DNA of 64,000 bases from Myxococcota bacterium. GTDB taxonomy: Bacteria; Myxococcota_A; UBA796; CAJQPC01. Shown one piece after another: positions 1 through 10,054 of this stretch. Numbering within the stretch: position 1 is the first letter of the stretch; the number at the start of each line of letters is the position of its first letter. Both the position numbers and the translations under genes were made by a program. The notes under the pieces are model-generated. The model ran no database searches. It was given only the letters and a program-made list of their open reading frames with translations, and was not told the origin of the DNA. The stretch lies in the NCBI GenBank assembly GCA_036012755.1, contig DASCPX010000016.1, forward strand, positions 64,001 through 128,000, written 5' to 3'.

Positions 1-165
1 TTCGATGGCGAGCTCGTTGTAGGGATCCCACTCGTAGTTCGCCCAGATGAAGCGCAGGGAGCGCGGATCGGACCGATCTTCAAGTCGAAGAACCACCACG
101 CGCTCGTCCATCGCCTCGAGGAGTCGGAGCGTCGCGCTCGACGGAAGCTCACCAACGCAGGGCAC
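1..165 (-). CDS. N-terminal part of a probable PAS-domain sensor protein (runs off the window)
   Basis: Hand-translated open frame from GTG165 (or ATG111): ...LLEAMDERVVVLRLEDRSDPRSLRFIWANYEW..., resembling a PAS N-terminus; divergent from a response regulator. Confidence 0.45.
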   Translation of the reverse strand, partial: MPCVGELPSSATLRLLEAMDERVVVLRLEDRSDPRSLRFIWANYEWDPYNELAIE

Positions 166-183
166 CCGGCGACTCTGCCGCGG

Positions 184-213
184 TTGACATCGGAGGCCGT
201 CGTGGGCGACAAC
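184..213 (+). promoter_or_regulatory. Putative sigma70 promoter (leaderless) for the response regulator
   Basis: TTGACA (184-189), 18-nt spacer, weak -10 GACAAC (208-213), then 6 nt to ATG220; no SD. Confidence 0.45.
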
Positions 214-219
214 CGCCAC

Positions 220-1608
220 ATGGCACGGACACTGCGTCTCCTCCAAATCGAGGACAGCGCCGACGATGGCGCCCTCTCCGCACTCCAGTTTCGTCGGGGG
301 GGCTTCGAGGTCAAGCCTCGCCGCGTCCAGAGCCAGGAGCAGCTGGCCGAGGCGCTGAACGAGGAGTGGGACCTCGTCCTGTTGGACTGCCGCCTCCCGG
401 GCTTCTCCCCAGAGCGGGCGATGGAGCTGCTCCGCAAGCACGCAGAAGCGACTCCGGTCATCGCGCTCACCGGCGCAGTCGGCGAGGAGCGGGCCGCTCA
501 CCTCATGCGGCTGGGCTGTCGCGACCTGGTCCTCAAGGAGAAGATGGACCGCCTGGTTCCGGCAGCCGAGCGCGAGTTGACGCGGAAGGAGGAGATCCGG
601 GTCCTGCGCGAGGCCCACACCGAAGCCGCGGAGCATCTCGCCCGGTCGGTCAGCAACGACCTCGACAAGCTGCTTGCCCAGATCGAGACCAGCGCGGAGC
701 TCCTGGGTCGTCAGCCCCTTCAGCCGATGGCCAGGGCCGCCCTCGAGGAGATCCGTGACGCCGCCTTCCGCGGACGGGGACTCACGCGCATGCTGCGCCG
801 CTTTGGCCACGCGGGCGAGCACCAGTCCCTCTGCGCGCTCGATGTCGTCGTCCAGCGCGTCGTGCGCATGCTGGGCTCGGCCTTCGGCAACGCTGGCGTC
901 ACTCTCCACACGGATCTCCTGGAGGAACACTCCTGGGCCCAGATCACGGAGCAGGAGCTCTTCCGGGCGCTCCAGGCGCTCCTGGTCAACGCCCTCGACA
1001 TCTCCATCAGCGGCGAAGAGGTCCGCGTGGGTGTTCGCGGCCACACCGTGTTCATCCGCCACCCGGGCGAGCCCAAGGCTGGTGGGACCCGAGCCCTGGT
1101 TCGTGGCGAGGGCGGCTCGCTTGCGCAGTCGATCGTCGACGCCCGAGCGCTCGTGAACGCTCGCGGCGGCCACATCACCCTCGGCGCCCACGAGGGCCAC
1201 ACGCTGATCCAGCTCTCCCTGCCAGAGGCCTCGGAGCGACCGAAGGGACCGACCGTGCTCCTGGTCCAGGCGGAGCACGGCCTCCGGCGCGTCGTCGGCC
1301 GCTTCCTCCTCAAAGAGGGCTACACGCTGGTAGAAGCCGGGAACCTCGACGACGCCAAGGCCGTGTCCCCACCGCCCGACATCCTCGTCGCCGACGTCGA
1401 CCTGCGCGGCGAGAGCGGGCTCGAGCTCGCCATCACGCTGTCGGAGACCCTACCGGGCCTTCGCGTCTGCCTCTTCGCCAACCGTCCAGAGGAGCTCCGG
1501 CCCCAGATCGAGGGGCGAGCGTGGGCGCTCTTGGAGAAGCCGATCGCCCCCGAGCGACTCACCGGCGTGCTCCGCGTGCTCTGCGAGGGGGAGCTGCAGG
1601 TCGGGTAG
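220..1608 (+). CDS. Receiver - degenerate histidine kinase - receiver hybrid signalling protein
   Basis: N-terminal REC (IEDS, LVLLD, LTG, LKE); HisKA-like ARSVSNDL; N-box LLVNALD; C-terminal atypical REC. Confidence 0.8.
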   Translation: MARTLRLLQIEDSADDGALSALQFRRGGFEVKPRRVQSQEQLAEALNEEWDLVLLDCRLPGFSPERAMELLRKHAEATPVIALTGAVGEERAAHLMRLGCRDLVLKEKMDRLVPAAERELTRKEEIRVLREAHTEAAEHLARSVSNDLDKLLAQIETSAELLGRQPLQPMARAALEEIRDAAFRGRGLTRMLRRFGHAGEHQSLCALDVVVQRVVRMLGSAFGNAGVTLHTDLLEEHSWAQITEQELFRALQALLVNALDISISGEEVRVGVRGHTVFIRHPGEPKAGGTRALVRGEGGSLAQSIVDARALVNARGGHITLGAHEGHTLIQLSLPEASERPKGPTVLLVQAEHGLRRVVGRFLLKEGYTLVEAGNLDDAKAVSPPPDILVADVDLRGESGLELAITLSETLPGLRVCLFANRPEELRPQIEGRAWALLEKPIAPERLTGVLRVLCEGELQVG

Positions 1609-1626
1609 CGGTTATCGACGAAGGCC

Positions 1627-2442
1627 ATGAATGATGCCCTCGTCGTCAGCCTGCTCTCGGTCGTGCCGAAGGGCCTCGGCAGCAGGCTCCAAGGCGCCGC
1701 AGGACGCCTCGGCCTCACCCGCCACCTCATCGCCTGGTACGCGGACACCTACGGGGTGGACACGAGCGAGATGGTCGGCACGATCGACGACTACGCCTCG
1801 CTCCAGGACTTCTTCGTCCGGCCGCTGAAGGAGGGCGCGCGGCCGATCTGCCAGGACCCGGAGGCGCTGGTCTCGCCCAGCGACTCGAAGGCGACCTTCT
1901 TCGGCAAGGTGAAGGACGACGGCCGCCTCCCGGAAGCCGCAGGCGTCGACTTCAGCGTCACCGAGCTGGTGGGAGGTGACGAGCGCTACGCCGGAGGGCA
2001 GTTCGCCATCCTGTACCTGTCGCCGAAGGACTACCACCGCGTCCACCACCCCGCCGACGCGACGGTCGTCGGCTGGCGCTACAGTCCGGGTGCCTTCTGG
2101 CCGGTCTTCCCTGCTGCGGTGGAGCGCATAGAGGATCTCTTCGCCAACAACGAGCGCCTCACGATCTTCGTCGAGGGCGACTTCGGCCGCATCGCCGTGG
2201 TGCTCGTCGCTGCCTACGGGGTCGGGCGCATGACCACGACCCACGGCGACATCATCACCAACACCGACGGCGTGGCGCGCAGCGAACAGCGGAGCGACCC
2301 TGTCGTCCGGGGAGACGAGCTCGGTCGCTTCAACCTCGGCAGCACCGTGATCCTCGTCACAGAACCGGGCGCAGTGGAGTGGGAGCTCGAGGCTGGCCAG
2401 GACGTCCGCGTCGGTCAGCGCATCGCCCGGTTCATCGGTTAA
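1627..2442 (+). CDS. psd: Phosphatidylserine decarboxylase proenzyme
   Basis: FFVRPLK, YLSPKDYHRVH and GRFNLGSTVIL (LGST autocleavage) motifs. Confidence 0.93.
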   Translation: MNDALVVSLLSVVPKGLGSRLQGAAGRLGLTRHLIAWYADTYGVDTSEMVGTIDDYASLQDFFVRPLKEGARPICQDPEALVSPSDSKATFFGKVKDDGRLPEAAGVDFSVTELVGGDERYAGGQFAILYLSPKDYHRVHHPADATVVGWRYSPGAFWPVFPAAVERIEDLFANNERLTIFVEGDFGRIAVVLVAAYGVGRMTTTHGDIITNTDGVARSEQRSDPVVRGDELGRFNLGSTVILVTEPGAVEWELEAGQDVRVGQRIARFIG

Positions 2443-2462
2443 GCAACGGACCGGAGGCCCCC

Positions 2463-3005
2463 ATGATCGCACTCTTGTTCACCCTCGCCTGCTCTGGCGA
2501 GACGGAAGAGCCGGAGAGCTGCTGCTCCCTCGAGGACGTCGAGGAGATGTGCTCGGCGGGCCTGTCCGACGAGCTGATCCTGAGCACCATCGAGGTGGCA
2601 CCGGACAAGCTCGAGCTCAGCGCCAAGGATGTCATCACGCTGTCGGACGCCGGCTGCTCGGACGCGGTGATCAACACGCTCCGTGGCACCCCGGTCGAGG
2701 AGGTCGAGGAAGAGGACGCTCCGGGCTCGGCATCTGGTGACGACGACAAGCCGCCCTGGGTGAACATGTCCGTGACCGTCGGCTCCAGGTTCATGGACGT
2801 GCGCAACAACACGAACCAGACCCTGACGAACCTGAGGATCACGGTGAACGGCCAGTACACCTACAACCTCACCAAGCTCGGCCCCACGGACACGGACTCG
2901 ACCCCAAAGAGCAAGTACAAGAGCAGCACCGGCGGCAAGTTCGCCGGCTCGATGACCCGGGTCTACATCAGCTGCGACCAGGGCGTGTACAGCAAGAGCT
3001 ACTGA
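2463..3005 (+). CDS. Hypothetical lipoprotein
   Basis: GGAGG SD, ATG2463, MIALLFTLAC lipobox-like start, typical codon usage. Confidence 0.7.
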   Translation: MIALLFTLACSGETEEPESCCSLEDVEEMCSAGLSDELILSTIEVAPDKLELSAKDVITLSDAGCSDAVINTLRGTPVEEVEEEDAPGSASGDDDKPPWVNMSVTVGSRFMDVRNNTNQTLTNLRITVNGQYTYNLTKLGPTDTDSTPKSKYKSSTGGKFAGSMTRVYISCDQGVYSKSY

Positions 3006-3008
3006 ACC

Positions 3009-5339
3009 TCACAGGGCGACGCGCGTGAAGGCGTCGCCGCCCTCGTTCTCCCCCGCGGGCCGCCAGGACTCCGCGTGAGCCGAGCTCGGCAGCCACCGCC
3101 GCACTGCGGTCTTCAGCGCGCCCGTGCCGTGGCCGTGGAGGATCCACCCGACCGGCTCGTTGGCCAGGACCATGCGATCCAGGAAACGCTCGACGGCATC
3201 GAGAGCCTCGTCAGCCCGTAGCCCACGGAGATCGCAGGTGTTTCGCTCAGTCCGAAGATCCCCGGTGGTCGGCTCGCTCGATCGCACCGACGCCTTGTTC
3301 GCGGCCTTCTTCGGAGCGTCCAACAACACGAGATCGTTGAGCTTGACGCGAGTCCGCAGGCCGCCGATGTCCACCTCCGCGCGCCCCTTCTTGGAGGCGG
3401 TGAGCACACGACCGGTCTTGCCGAGGCTGCGGACACGCACCCGATCACCTGGGCTGACAGAGCCAGGAGAGTCAACGATGACAGGGACTTCGGGCTTCTG
3501 TGGAGCGATCCGTTCCTGCACTCGCCGGACCTCGGCGAGGTCTTGTCCGGCTCCCTGCAGCGTCGGGTTTCGCTGGAGCGTGGCGATGATCGCCTTCACC
3601 TCGTCCTCGGCCGCCCTCAAGCGGGACAGGGCGGCCGTGGCCTCCTTCTCCGCCAGCTGGTGGCTCTTGCCCTGGATCTGCTCCCAGCGCGCACGCAGCT
3701 GCTGCTCCCTTTGTCGCACGCTGGCCTCCAGCTCCAGCGCCCGCTCGGTCGCGAGCAGCGTCGTCACCCGGCGGGTCTCCAGCTCCTCCAGGAGACGCCC
3801 GACCTCGCGCTGGTTGTCATCCAGGTGGGCCTCCGCCGCGTCCACCACCGCCGGATCGAGGCCGAGACGGCGAGCGGTGGAGAAGGCGTGGGACAGCCCC
3901 ACCGCGTCCAGGCGCACCCGGTAGCTCGGCCTGTTGTCCTCGAGGTGGACCGCGGCGTTCCGGAAGCGCGGGTCTGCCTCTGCGAAGGCCTTCAGCTCCG
4001 TGTAGTGGGTGGTCACCGCGACCCGGGCTCCTCGATCGACGAGAACCTCCAGCACGGCCCGGGCCAGCGCCGAGCCCTGAGCCGGATCGGTGCCGACGGC
4101 GACCTCGTCCAGCAGCAGGAGCGCCCCGGGCCGGGCGCGGTCGAGGAGCTCGCGCAGGACCAGCACCTGCCCCGAGAAGGTAGACAGATCCCCCTCCACG
4201 CTCTGGAGGTCGCCGATGTCGGCGAGGACGTCCTCGAAGTGGTCGACCCGCGCCTCCGTGGCTGGGAGAGGGACCCCGGCTCTCGTGAGAAGCGCGAACG
4301 ATCCAAGGGTCTTGAGCGCGATCGTCTTGCCGCCGGTGTTGGGGCCGGAGAGCACCAGGCCCCGGGTCGTCTCGTCCAGGGCCAGGTCGTTGGGCACCAC
4401 CTCGACCTCTCGCAGCACGAGCACCGGGTGGCGGGCGCCGACGAGCCGGATGACACCGCCTCGGCCGACCTCTGGCAGCACCCCCTGCCAGTCGGCGCCG
4501 AGCTTCGCGCGGGCCTGGACGAGGTCGAGGCCGACAGCAGCCTCCAGAGAGGCCTCGACGGGCACCTGGTAGCGACCGAGGAGCGCTGAGAGGCCCCTGA
4601 GGATTCGGGCGATGCTGCGCTGGAGCTCTCCCTCGGCGAGCCGGAGCTTGTTGTTGAGCTCCACGACCGCGGCGGGCTCGACGAAGACGGTCTCCCCGGA
4701 GCCGCTGGTGTCGTGCACGATGCCGAGGCCCTTTCGCCGTGCTTCAGCCCGCACCGGGATGACGTAGCGGTCGCCTCGCTGGGTCACGAAGCGGTCCTGG
4801 AGGATGCCCTCCATGTCCTTGGCCTTCAGCAGGTCGGAGAGCGTCGTGCGGATCTGGCCGTGAAAGGACTGGATGCGCCGGCGGAGCTCGCCGAGCTCCG
4901 GGTAGCGCTGGTCGCTGAGCTGACCGCCTTCGTCGAAGGAGGCCACCAGCTCTTCGAGCATCAGGGCGTCGACGTCGATCGGGGCGCAGAGCCCCTGGAG
5001 CACGGGCAGGTCGCGCTCTTGAACCCAGCAGCGCAGGTGCTCCAGCGCTTGCAGGCAGCGACCCGCCCCGTGGAGCTCCTCCGGCTCGAGCACAGCGCCG
5101 GTGGCGGCCCGCTCGACGGCGCCGAGGATGTCGCTGATGGCCCCGATCGGCAAGCTCTCGCCTTGTTCCTCGAGGGCCTGGATCTCCGCGACTCCGGCAT
5201 AGGCCAACCGCACCCCGTCCCGGTCTCGAGCCAGGGGCAGGCCGGCGGCAGCCCCCCGCAACGTGCGGCAGCGCAGGCCCACCGCGGCGACGACCGCGGG
5301 CCAGTCGAGGGTGTCCAGTGTTCGGCGATCGAGGTCCAC
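3009..5339 (-). CDS. mutS2: MutS2 family protein with Smr domain
   Basis: GPNTGGKT Walker A, LSTFS, LLLLDE..GTDP, coiled coil, KOW, C-terminal Smr (DLRG...ILHGHGTGAL). Confidence 0.95.
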   Translation of the reverse strand: MDLDRRTLDTLDWPAVVAAVGLRCRTLRGAAAGLPLARDRDGVRLAYAGVAEIQALEEQGESLPIGAISDILGAVERAATGAVLEPEELHGAGRCLQALEHLRCWVQERDLPVLQGLCAPIDVDALMLEELVASFDEGGQLSDQRYPELGELRRRIQSFHGQIRTTLSDLLKAKDMEGILQDRFVTQRGDRYVIPVRAEARRKGLGIVHDTSGSGETVFVEPAAVVELNNKLRLAEGELQRSIARILRGLSALLGRYQVPVEASLEAAVGLDLVQARAKLGADWQGVLPEVGRGGVIRLVGARHPVLVLREVEVVPNDLALDETTRGLVLSGPNTGGKTIALKTLGSFALLTRAGVPLPATEARVDHFEDVLADIGDLQSVEGDLSTFSGQVLVLRELLDRARPGALLLLDEVAVGTDPAQGSALARAVLEVLVDRGARVAVTTHYTELKAFAEADPRFRNAAVHLEDNRPSYRVRLDAVGLSHAFSTARRLGLDPAVVDAAEAHLDDNQREVGRLLEELETRRVTTLLATERALELEASVRQREQQLRARWEQIQGKSHQLAEKEATAALSRLRAAEDEVKAIIATLQRNPTLQGAGQDLAEVRRVQERIAPQKPEVPVIVDSPGSVSPGDRVRVRSLGKTGRVLTASKKGRAEVDIGGLRTRVKLNDLVLLDAPKKAANKASVRSSEPTTGDLRTERNTCDLRGLRADEALDAVERFLDRMVLANEPVGWILHGHGTGALKTAVRRWLPSSAHAESWRPAGENEGGDAFTRVAL

Positions 5340-5385
5340 GGGGTCCCTCTATCAACACAGCACCGCGGGTCGGAAACCCCCGCGC

Positions 5386-6951
5386 TCAGTCCTCGATCTC
5401 GATGCCGGCGTTGAGCTCGAAGCCAGTGATGGTCTTGAGGGTCTCGGTCTCGGGGTCATAGAAGCTGATGCGACCGAGGGCGTGCTCCTGGCTGGCGAAG
5501 GCGTAGTTGGTGTCGGGCAGGGTGCCTACGAAGACCGGGTCGGACTTCAGCGCGACCTCGTCGATGAGCAGGCTCCGGTAGTCGAGCACCTCGAGGTAGG
5601 CCTCGCCCTCCATGATGAAGTAGCCCTTCTCGCCATCGTCGCTGTGAGCGAAGGCGATGGGCTCCTCGGGCAAGGAGTAGTCGTTGGCCCGGAAGCTCGA
5701 GAGCTCCACCATCGTCAGCCCATGGAGATCCTCGTAGGCGGGGTCCATGTCGTCGGCGTTGGCATCGTCGTGCAGGATCAGGGCCGTCTGGCCCGTGGGA
5801 TCGACGCCCACCGCAGCGACCGGCTTCGGCAGGGGATGCACGGAGAACTCGTCGGTCTGTTGGTCCCAGGAGGTGAAGCGGCTGACCCCGGTGGCCGTGC
5901 TGAAGAGCAGCGCGGGGCCGCCCTCGCCCGAGAACGCGATCGAGCCGAGGACCTCGCCATCGGGCATGGTCACGATCTCCGGCTGCGCGGTGGGATCGGC
6001 GAGGTCATAGAGCCAGAGCTCACCGGCCCCTCGGGCCACCGCCACGGCGAAGGCGCCGTCCGGCGTCAGGTCCAGGTCCGTAGGACCGGCGCCGACCACC
6101 AGCTCGCTGGCCCCGAAGTCGACGAGGTCGACGAGCACCAGCTTGGCGGCGTCCCGCTGGCGGAGCAGTGCGTAGCGGCCGTCGGAGTCCACCACGATCT
6201 CCTCGGTCTGGGGCGGGTCGATCTCGTCACCGATGGAGACGAGCTCGATGTCCAGCGGGTCTGCGCTCAGATCGACGATGCCGACCCAGGCATCCCCGAG
6301 CACCACGGCGGTCTGGGCGTCGCTGGTGAAGGCCACGTCGCGAGGCTGGAAGCCCAGGGCCATCGGCGTGTGCGCGCCGCTGGCGACGTGCACGAAGGAG
6401 GCCTCCTTGACCGAGTAGGCGCCGGAGCTGGAGCCCTCGTCCTCGACCCCCATGGCGTTGTAGCAGACCGCCCAGGCGCCATCCGGTGACAGCTCGAAGG
6501 TGTCCAGGTTCGGCCGCAGCTCGACCCGGGTCTCCAGGAGCGTGGCGCTCGGCAGGATCGACAGGTCGTCGGAGCCCCCGTTGTAGGTCAGCGCGTAGAG
6601 GTAGTCCGGGGTGGTCAAGACCTGCTCCGGCCCCTCGCCCACCGGCGCGGTGAGCACGTCCAACGCCGGCACGCCGATGCGCGTGACCGTGTCGCGGTCC
6701 GGGTTGGCCACGAAGACGAAGCTCGGGGCGGGGGCCGGGGCCATGGCGAAGAAGGTGTCCTCCTCCTCGCTCGGGAGGTGGTCCGTGTCGGAGTCCGAGT
6801 CGGTGTCGGCGTCGGAGTCGGCGTCGGAGTCGGCGTCGACGTCGTAGGCGGCCCCGTCCTCGGATTCGGCGCCGGTGTCGCTGGTGTGGAGCTCGCTCTT
6901 CGTGCAGGCCACGAGCGCACACAGCCCCAAGGCGATCGAGACCACCCGCAT
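5386..6951 (-). CDS. Lipoprotein with Asp-rich linker and YVTN-like beta-propeller
   Basis: MRVVSIALGLCALVAC lipobox; DADSDADSDADTDSDSD linker; VGxGP..LTPDG repeats. Confidence 0.8.
   Translation of the reverse strand: MRVVSIALGLCALVACTKSELHTSDTGAESEDGAAYDVDADSDADSDADTDSDSDTDHLPSEEEDTFFAMAPAPAPSFVFVANPDRDTVTRIGVPALDVLTAPVGEGPEQVLTTPDYLYALTYNGGSDDLSILPSATLLETRVELRPNLDTFELSPDGAWAVCYNAMGVEDEGSSSGAYSVKEASFVHVASGAHTPMALGFQPRDVAFTSDAQTAVVLGDAWVGIVDLSADPLDIELVSIGDEIDPPQTEEIVVDSDGRYALLRQRDAAKLVLVDLVDFGASELVVGAGPTDLDLTPDGAFAVAVARGAGELWLYDLADPTAQPEIVTMPDGEVLGSIAFSGEGGPALLFSTATGVSRFTSWDQQTDEFSVHPLPKPVAAVGVDPTGQTALILHDDANADDMDPAYEDLHGLTMVELSSFRANDYSLPEEPIAFAHSDDGEKGYFIMEGEAYLEVLDYRSLLIDEVALKSDPVFVGTLPDTNYAFASQEHALGRISFYDPETETLKTITGFELNAGIEIED
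6786..6842 (-). repeat. Tandem 6/12-bp repeats encoding a (D-A/S/T)n linker
   Basis: gtcgga/gtcggc/gtcggt units read directly. Confidence 0.8.
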
Positions 6952-7060
6952 CTCTCCTCCCATGTGGAACCTGATCGATCAACGTACCGACGATCTGCCC
7001 CTCTCGCTGGGAATCACGCCTCCGCGCCCGGAGGTTTCCCGGTCGGCTACCCTCGTGGCC

Positions 7061-7513
7061 ATGCGCAAGCTCGCAGTCGCCGTCGTGGCGATGATCGCAC
7101 TGGCCGCCGGCCTGATCCTCTTCACCGGGGACGTCGACGACGAAGAGGCCGTCCGGCGAGCCATCGAGCACGTCGCCCAGGGAGCCGAAGCGGGGGATCT
7201 CGGCGACACCCTCGAGACCCTCGCAGAGGACTACGAGGACAGCTCGGGCATGGACAAGGCTACGCTGCGCGCCATGCTGCTCCGCCAGTTCGCCCGAGGC
7301 CGCTCCCTGCACGTCGTCGTCGGCCCGATCGACGTGGAGCTCGGCGAACAGGACAGGGCTCACGCCAGCTTCGAGATCTGGCTCGCCGAGGGGGCCGACG
7401 GCCTCGGCCTGTGGCCCGAACAGAGCGACAGCCTGCACGTCGAGGTCGAGCTCGAGAAGCGAGACGGCGACTGGCTGCTGGTGGCCTCCGATCACGAGGA
7501 GATCTTCCAGTGA
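7061..7513 (+). CDS. Hypothetical exported/membrane-anchored protein, NTF2-like fold
   Basis: N-terminal hydrophobic segment, LAEDYED and C-terminal LEKRDGDWLL typical of NTF2/SnoaL-like folds. Confidence 0.65.
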   Translation: MRKLAVAVVAMIALAAGLILFTGDVDDEEAVRRAIEHVAQGAEAGDLGDTLETLAEDYEDSSGMDKATLRAMLLRQFARGRSLHVVVGPIDVELGEQDRAHASFEIWLAEGADGLGLWPEQSDSLHVEVELEKRDGDWLLVASDHEEIFQ

Positions 7514-7520
7514 GCGTGCA

Positions 7521-8888
7521 CTGCTGATCCTGGCCTGCACCCTGGCGTGGGCGGGCGAGGGCCTCGACGCGGTGAGCGCCGGGGATCTCGCCCGCTACGC
7601 GGGGGACCGACCGACCGCGAGGATGTACTACCGAGAGGCCATCGACAGCGGCGAGCCGGAGGCGGTGGCCATGGCCCACCTCCGCATGCTGCGCTTCTCG
7701 GGCAACCTCGGGCTGATGGTGCACGGGCCCAGGGCAGAGGTGCCGCTGTTCGAGGCTCCGGCGACTGCCTGGCTGACCCTGGCCTGGGCCGACTACCACC
7801 TGCTGGCGCCCCCCCAGGTCGGGGCGAGGCCCAGCGAGGCCATTCGCTTCGCCGAGGTCGCGCGCGGGGCCCTCCCCGGCCCCAGCATGGCCCGGCTGTA
7901 CCTGGCGACCGGCGACCGGCGCTGGCTGGAGGAGATGGAGGGTCGCGATGACCTCGACGGCCTCGGCCAGGCCCTGCTCGAGCACGACGGCGCCCCGGCT
8001 CCGGATCCAGGCACCTGGTTCCTCAGCCTGGGAGTCGCCGGGGCTCCGGGCGCCGGCTTCGGTGGCGGCGTCACGTGGATCCACCCGGACCTCCTGTTGC
8101 GCGGCTACCGCGTGTCCTTCGGGATCGCGGCCACCACGAAGGGCACCTACGGCACCGTCCTCTCCTTCCAGACCCCCGGCGAGGTCTACGGGACCACCAC
8201 GCTGGCGGCCTCGAACACGGTCCGGGACCTCTACGACGACGAGGGCGCCCGGAGCGTCTTCGGCCACGAGCACTTCTCCGCCTCCCAGGGGCTGGGTCTG
8301 CCTGTCGCAAGCCTGCGGCTGTCGGTGGGCCTGAAGGGACGCCTGGACCGGACCTCGCTGGATGAGGCCTGGCTGCGCGGGGTGGGACCCTGGAGCTCGC
8401 TGTCGATGAACCGGAGCACCGGCTGGGGAGGCGACCGGCGAGGCTACCGGCTGTCGGCCTCGGTCGACACCATGCAGTACGAGTACGAGCACCTCGCCTA
8501 CCGGCTGGATGCCCGCGGCTACCTCGGCGCCCTGCGCGGGGTCACGGCTGGTCGCCTGAGCTGGGCGCACGCGCCCGACCAGGAGACCCCCTTCTTCCTC
8601 CTGCCCACCGCCGGGGGGGCGGAGCTGCATCGCGGCGCCTGGGACAGCCGCTACCGGGCGAGGGCCATCGGGACGCTCGACGTGGAGCAGCGCTGGATGA
8701 TCATCGGCCCTCTCGAAGGGGTCGTCTTTGCTGACGCCGCCTGGGTGATCGACGACGGCTGGCATCCCGGCGCGGGGCTCGGGATCCGCCTCATCCTGCC
8801 GCCAGAGGAGCACAACGTGGTCCGCTTCGACGTGGCTGTTTCGGACTCGGCCTGGGGGATCTATACTGGCTGGGGCGAGACCTTCTGA
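7521..8888 (+). CDS. Omp85/BamA-TamA-like outer-membrane barrel with helical N-terminus (start uncertain)
   Basis: GGAELHRG, GVVFADA, GAGLGIRL, VRFDV, terminal GWGETF; in-frame signal-like LLILACTLAWA lies upstream of the first GTG (7572). Confidence 0.75.
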   Translation: MLILACTLAWAGEGLDAVSAGDLARYAGDRPTARMYYREAIDSGEPEAVAMAHLRMLRFSGNLGLMVHGPRAEVPLFEAPATAWLTLAWADYHLLAPPQVGARPSEAIRFAEVARGALPGPSMARLYLATGDRRWLEEMEGRDDLDGLGQALLEHDGAPAPDPGTWFLSLGVAGAPGAGFGGGVTWIHPDLLLRGYRVSFGIAATTKGTYGTVLSFQTPGEVYGTTTLAASNTVRDLYDDEGARSVFGHEHFSASQGLGLPVASLRLSVGLKGRLDRTSLDEAWLRGVGPWSSLSMNRSTGWGGDRRGYRLSASVDTMQYEYEHLAYRLDARGYLGALRGVTAGRLSWAHAPDQETPFFLLPTAGGAELHRGAWDSRYRARAIGTLDVEQRWMIIGPLEGVVFADAAWVIDDGWHPGAGLGIRLILPPEEHNVVRFDVAVSDSAWGIYTGWGETF

Positions 8889-8895
8889 GCGTCGA

Positions 8896-9603
8896 ATGTG
8901 GGTTCTACTACTCGAGTGCTTCCGAGGCGGAGGCGACATCGACAGCGCAGCGCCGCTCGACACGGGCGACACCGCGAACGAGAGCGGCTCCTACTGCGGC
9001 AGCTTCTGGAGGATCGACCAGCTCGGCACCCGCTGGGAGTACGACTTCGTGCCGGACGAGTGGATGGAGGGCTGGAACAAGCTCGAGGTCGTCCGCGAGG
9101 ACACCTACAACGGCGCGGTCGCCTGGGTGGTCTACAACGAGGGCAAGCGGGACACGGGCAGCGCCCGCCACCGCTGGACCAAGGAGCGCTGGTACGTCTG
9201 CGACAAGGAGGGCATCTGGCTCGTCTACGGCACGACCACCTGGACGACCCGGAGGGATGCCGGACGACGAGCCAGCGATCGCGAGGACTACGTCTACACC
9301 GACAACCTGGCCGAGCCAGCCTTCCTCTTCCCAGCGGCGGTCCACCTGGGCGACACCTGGGAGAGCACCGGCACCATCCACCACGTCGACGTCGACACCG
9401 GCGCCGAGATCAGCACGACCTCGCTCGAGGGCGTGCACGAGGTCGTCAGCGAGGCGAACAAGGTCGTACCCAACGGCACCTACGAGACCCTCGTCTTGGA
9501 GTCCAGGCTCCCCGGCTCGGCGGACGTGAGGACCTCGTGGCTGGTCCCGGGTGTCGGCCTCGTCGCTGACGACACCTGGCTACTGTCCTTCTTCTGGGAG
9601 TGA
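8896..9603 (+). CDS. Hypothetical exported protein
   Basis: 235 aa ORF, typical codon bias, C-terminal VPNGTYET...SWLVPGVGLV motif common in secreted beta-rich proteins. Confidence 0.7.
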   Translation: MWVLLLECFRGGGDIDSAAPLDTGDTANESGSYCGSFWRIDQLGTRWEYDFVPDEWMEGWNKLEVVREDTYNGAVAWVVYNEGKRDTGSARHRWTKERWYVCDKEGIWLVYGTTTWTTRRDAGRRASDREDYVYTDNLAEPAFLFPAAVHLGDTWESTGTIHHVDVDTGAEISTTSLEGVHEVVSEANKVVPNGTYETLVLESRLPGSADVRTSWLVPGVGLVADDTWLLSFFWE

Positions 9604-9616
9604 TACGACCGCTGTC

Positions 9617-10054
9617 GTGACCTGGGTCTGGAAGCACTTCTCGGAGCTGAGCGTCGACGAGCTCTACGCGCTCTTGCAGCTGCGGGCAGTGGTCTTCGTG
9701 GTCGAGCAGGACTGCGCGTACCTGGACCTCGACGGCGTCGACCCGCTCTGCGACCACCTGCTGGGCTACGACGAGGAGGGTCTCTGCGCCTCCGTACGCG
9801 TCGTGCCGCCGGGGCTGAGTCACCCGGAAGTCTCCATCGGCCGGGTCGTGACCGCTCCCCGGGTGCGAGGTACCGGCCTTGGGCGACCGCTGATGGAAGA
9901 GGCCCTGAGACATGTCGCCGCGAAGTGGCCGGGTCCGATCGCCATCGGCGCCCAGGCTCACCTCAGGCGCTACTACGAGTCCTTCGGCTTCGTGGTCTGC
10001 GACCCCGAGTACGACGAGGACGGCATCCCCCACCTCCCGATGCGCCGGGGCTAG
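9617..10054 (+). CDS. elaA: ElaA-family GNAT acetyltransferase
   Basis: LRAVVFVVEQDCAYLDLDG, IGRVVT, RGTGLG, AQAHL..YYESFGF, EDGIPH. Confidence 0.9.
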   Translation: MTWVWKHFSELSVDELYALLQLRAVVFVVEQDCAYLDLDGVDPLCDHLLGYDEEGLCASVRVVPPGLSHPEVSIGRVVTAPRVRGTGLGRPLMEEALRHVAAKWPGPIAIGAQAHLRRYYESFGFVVCDPEYDEDGIPHLPMRRG

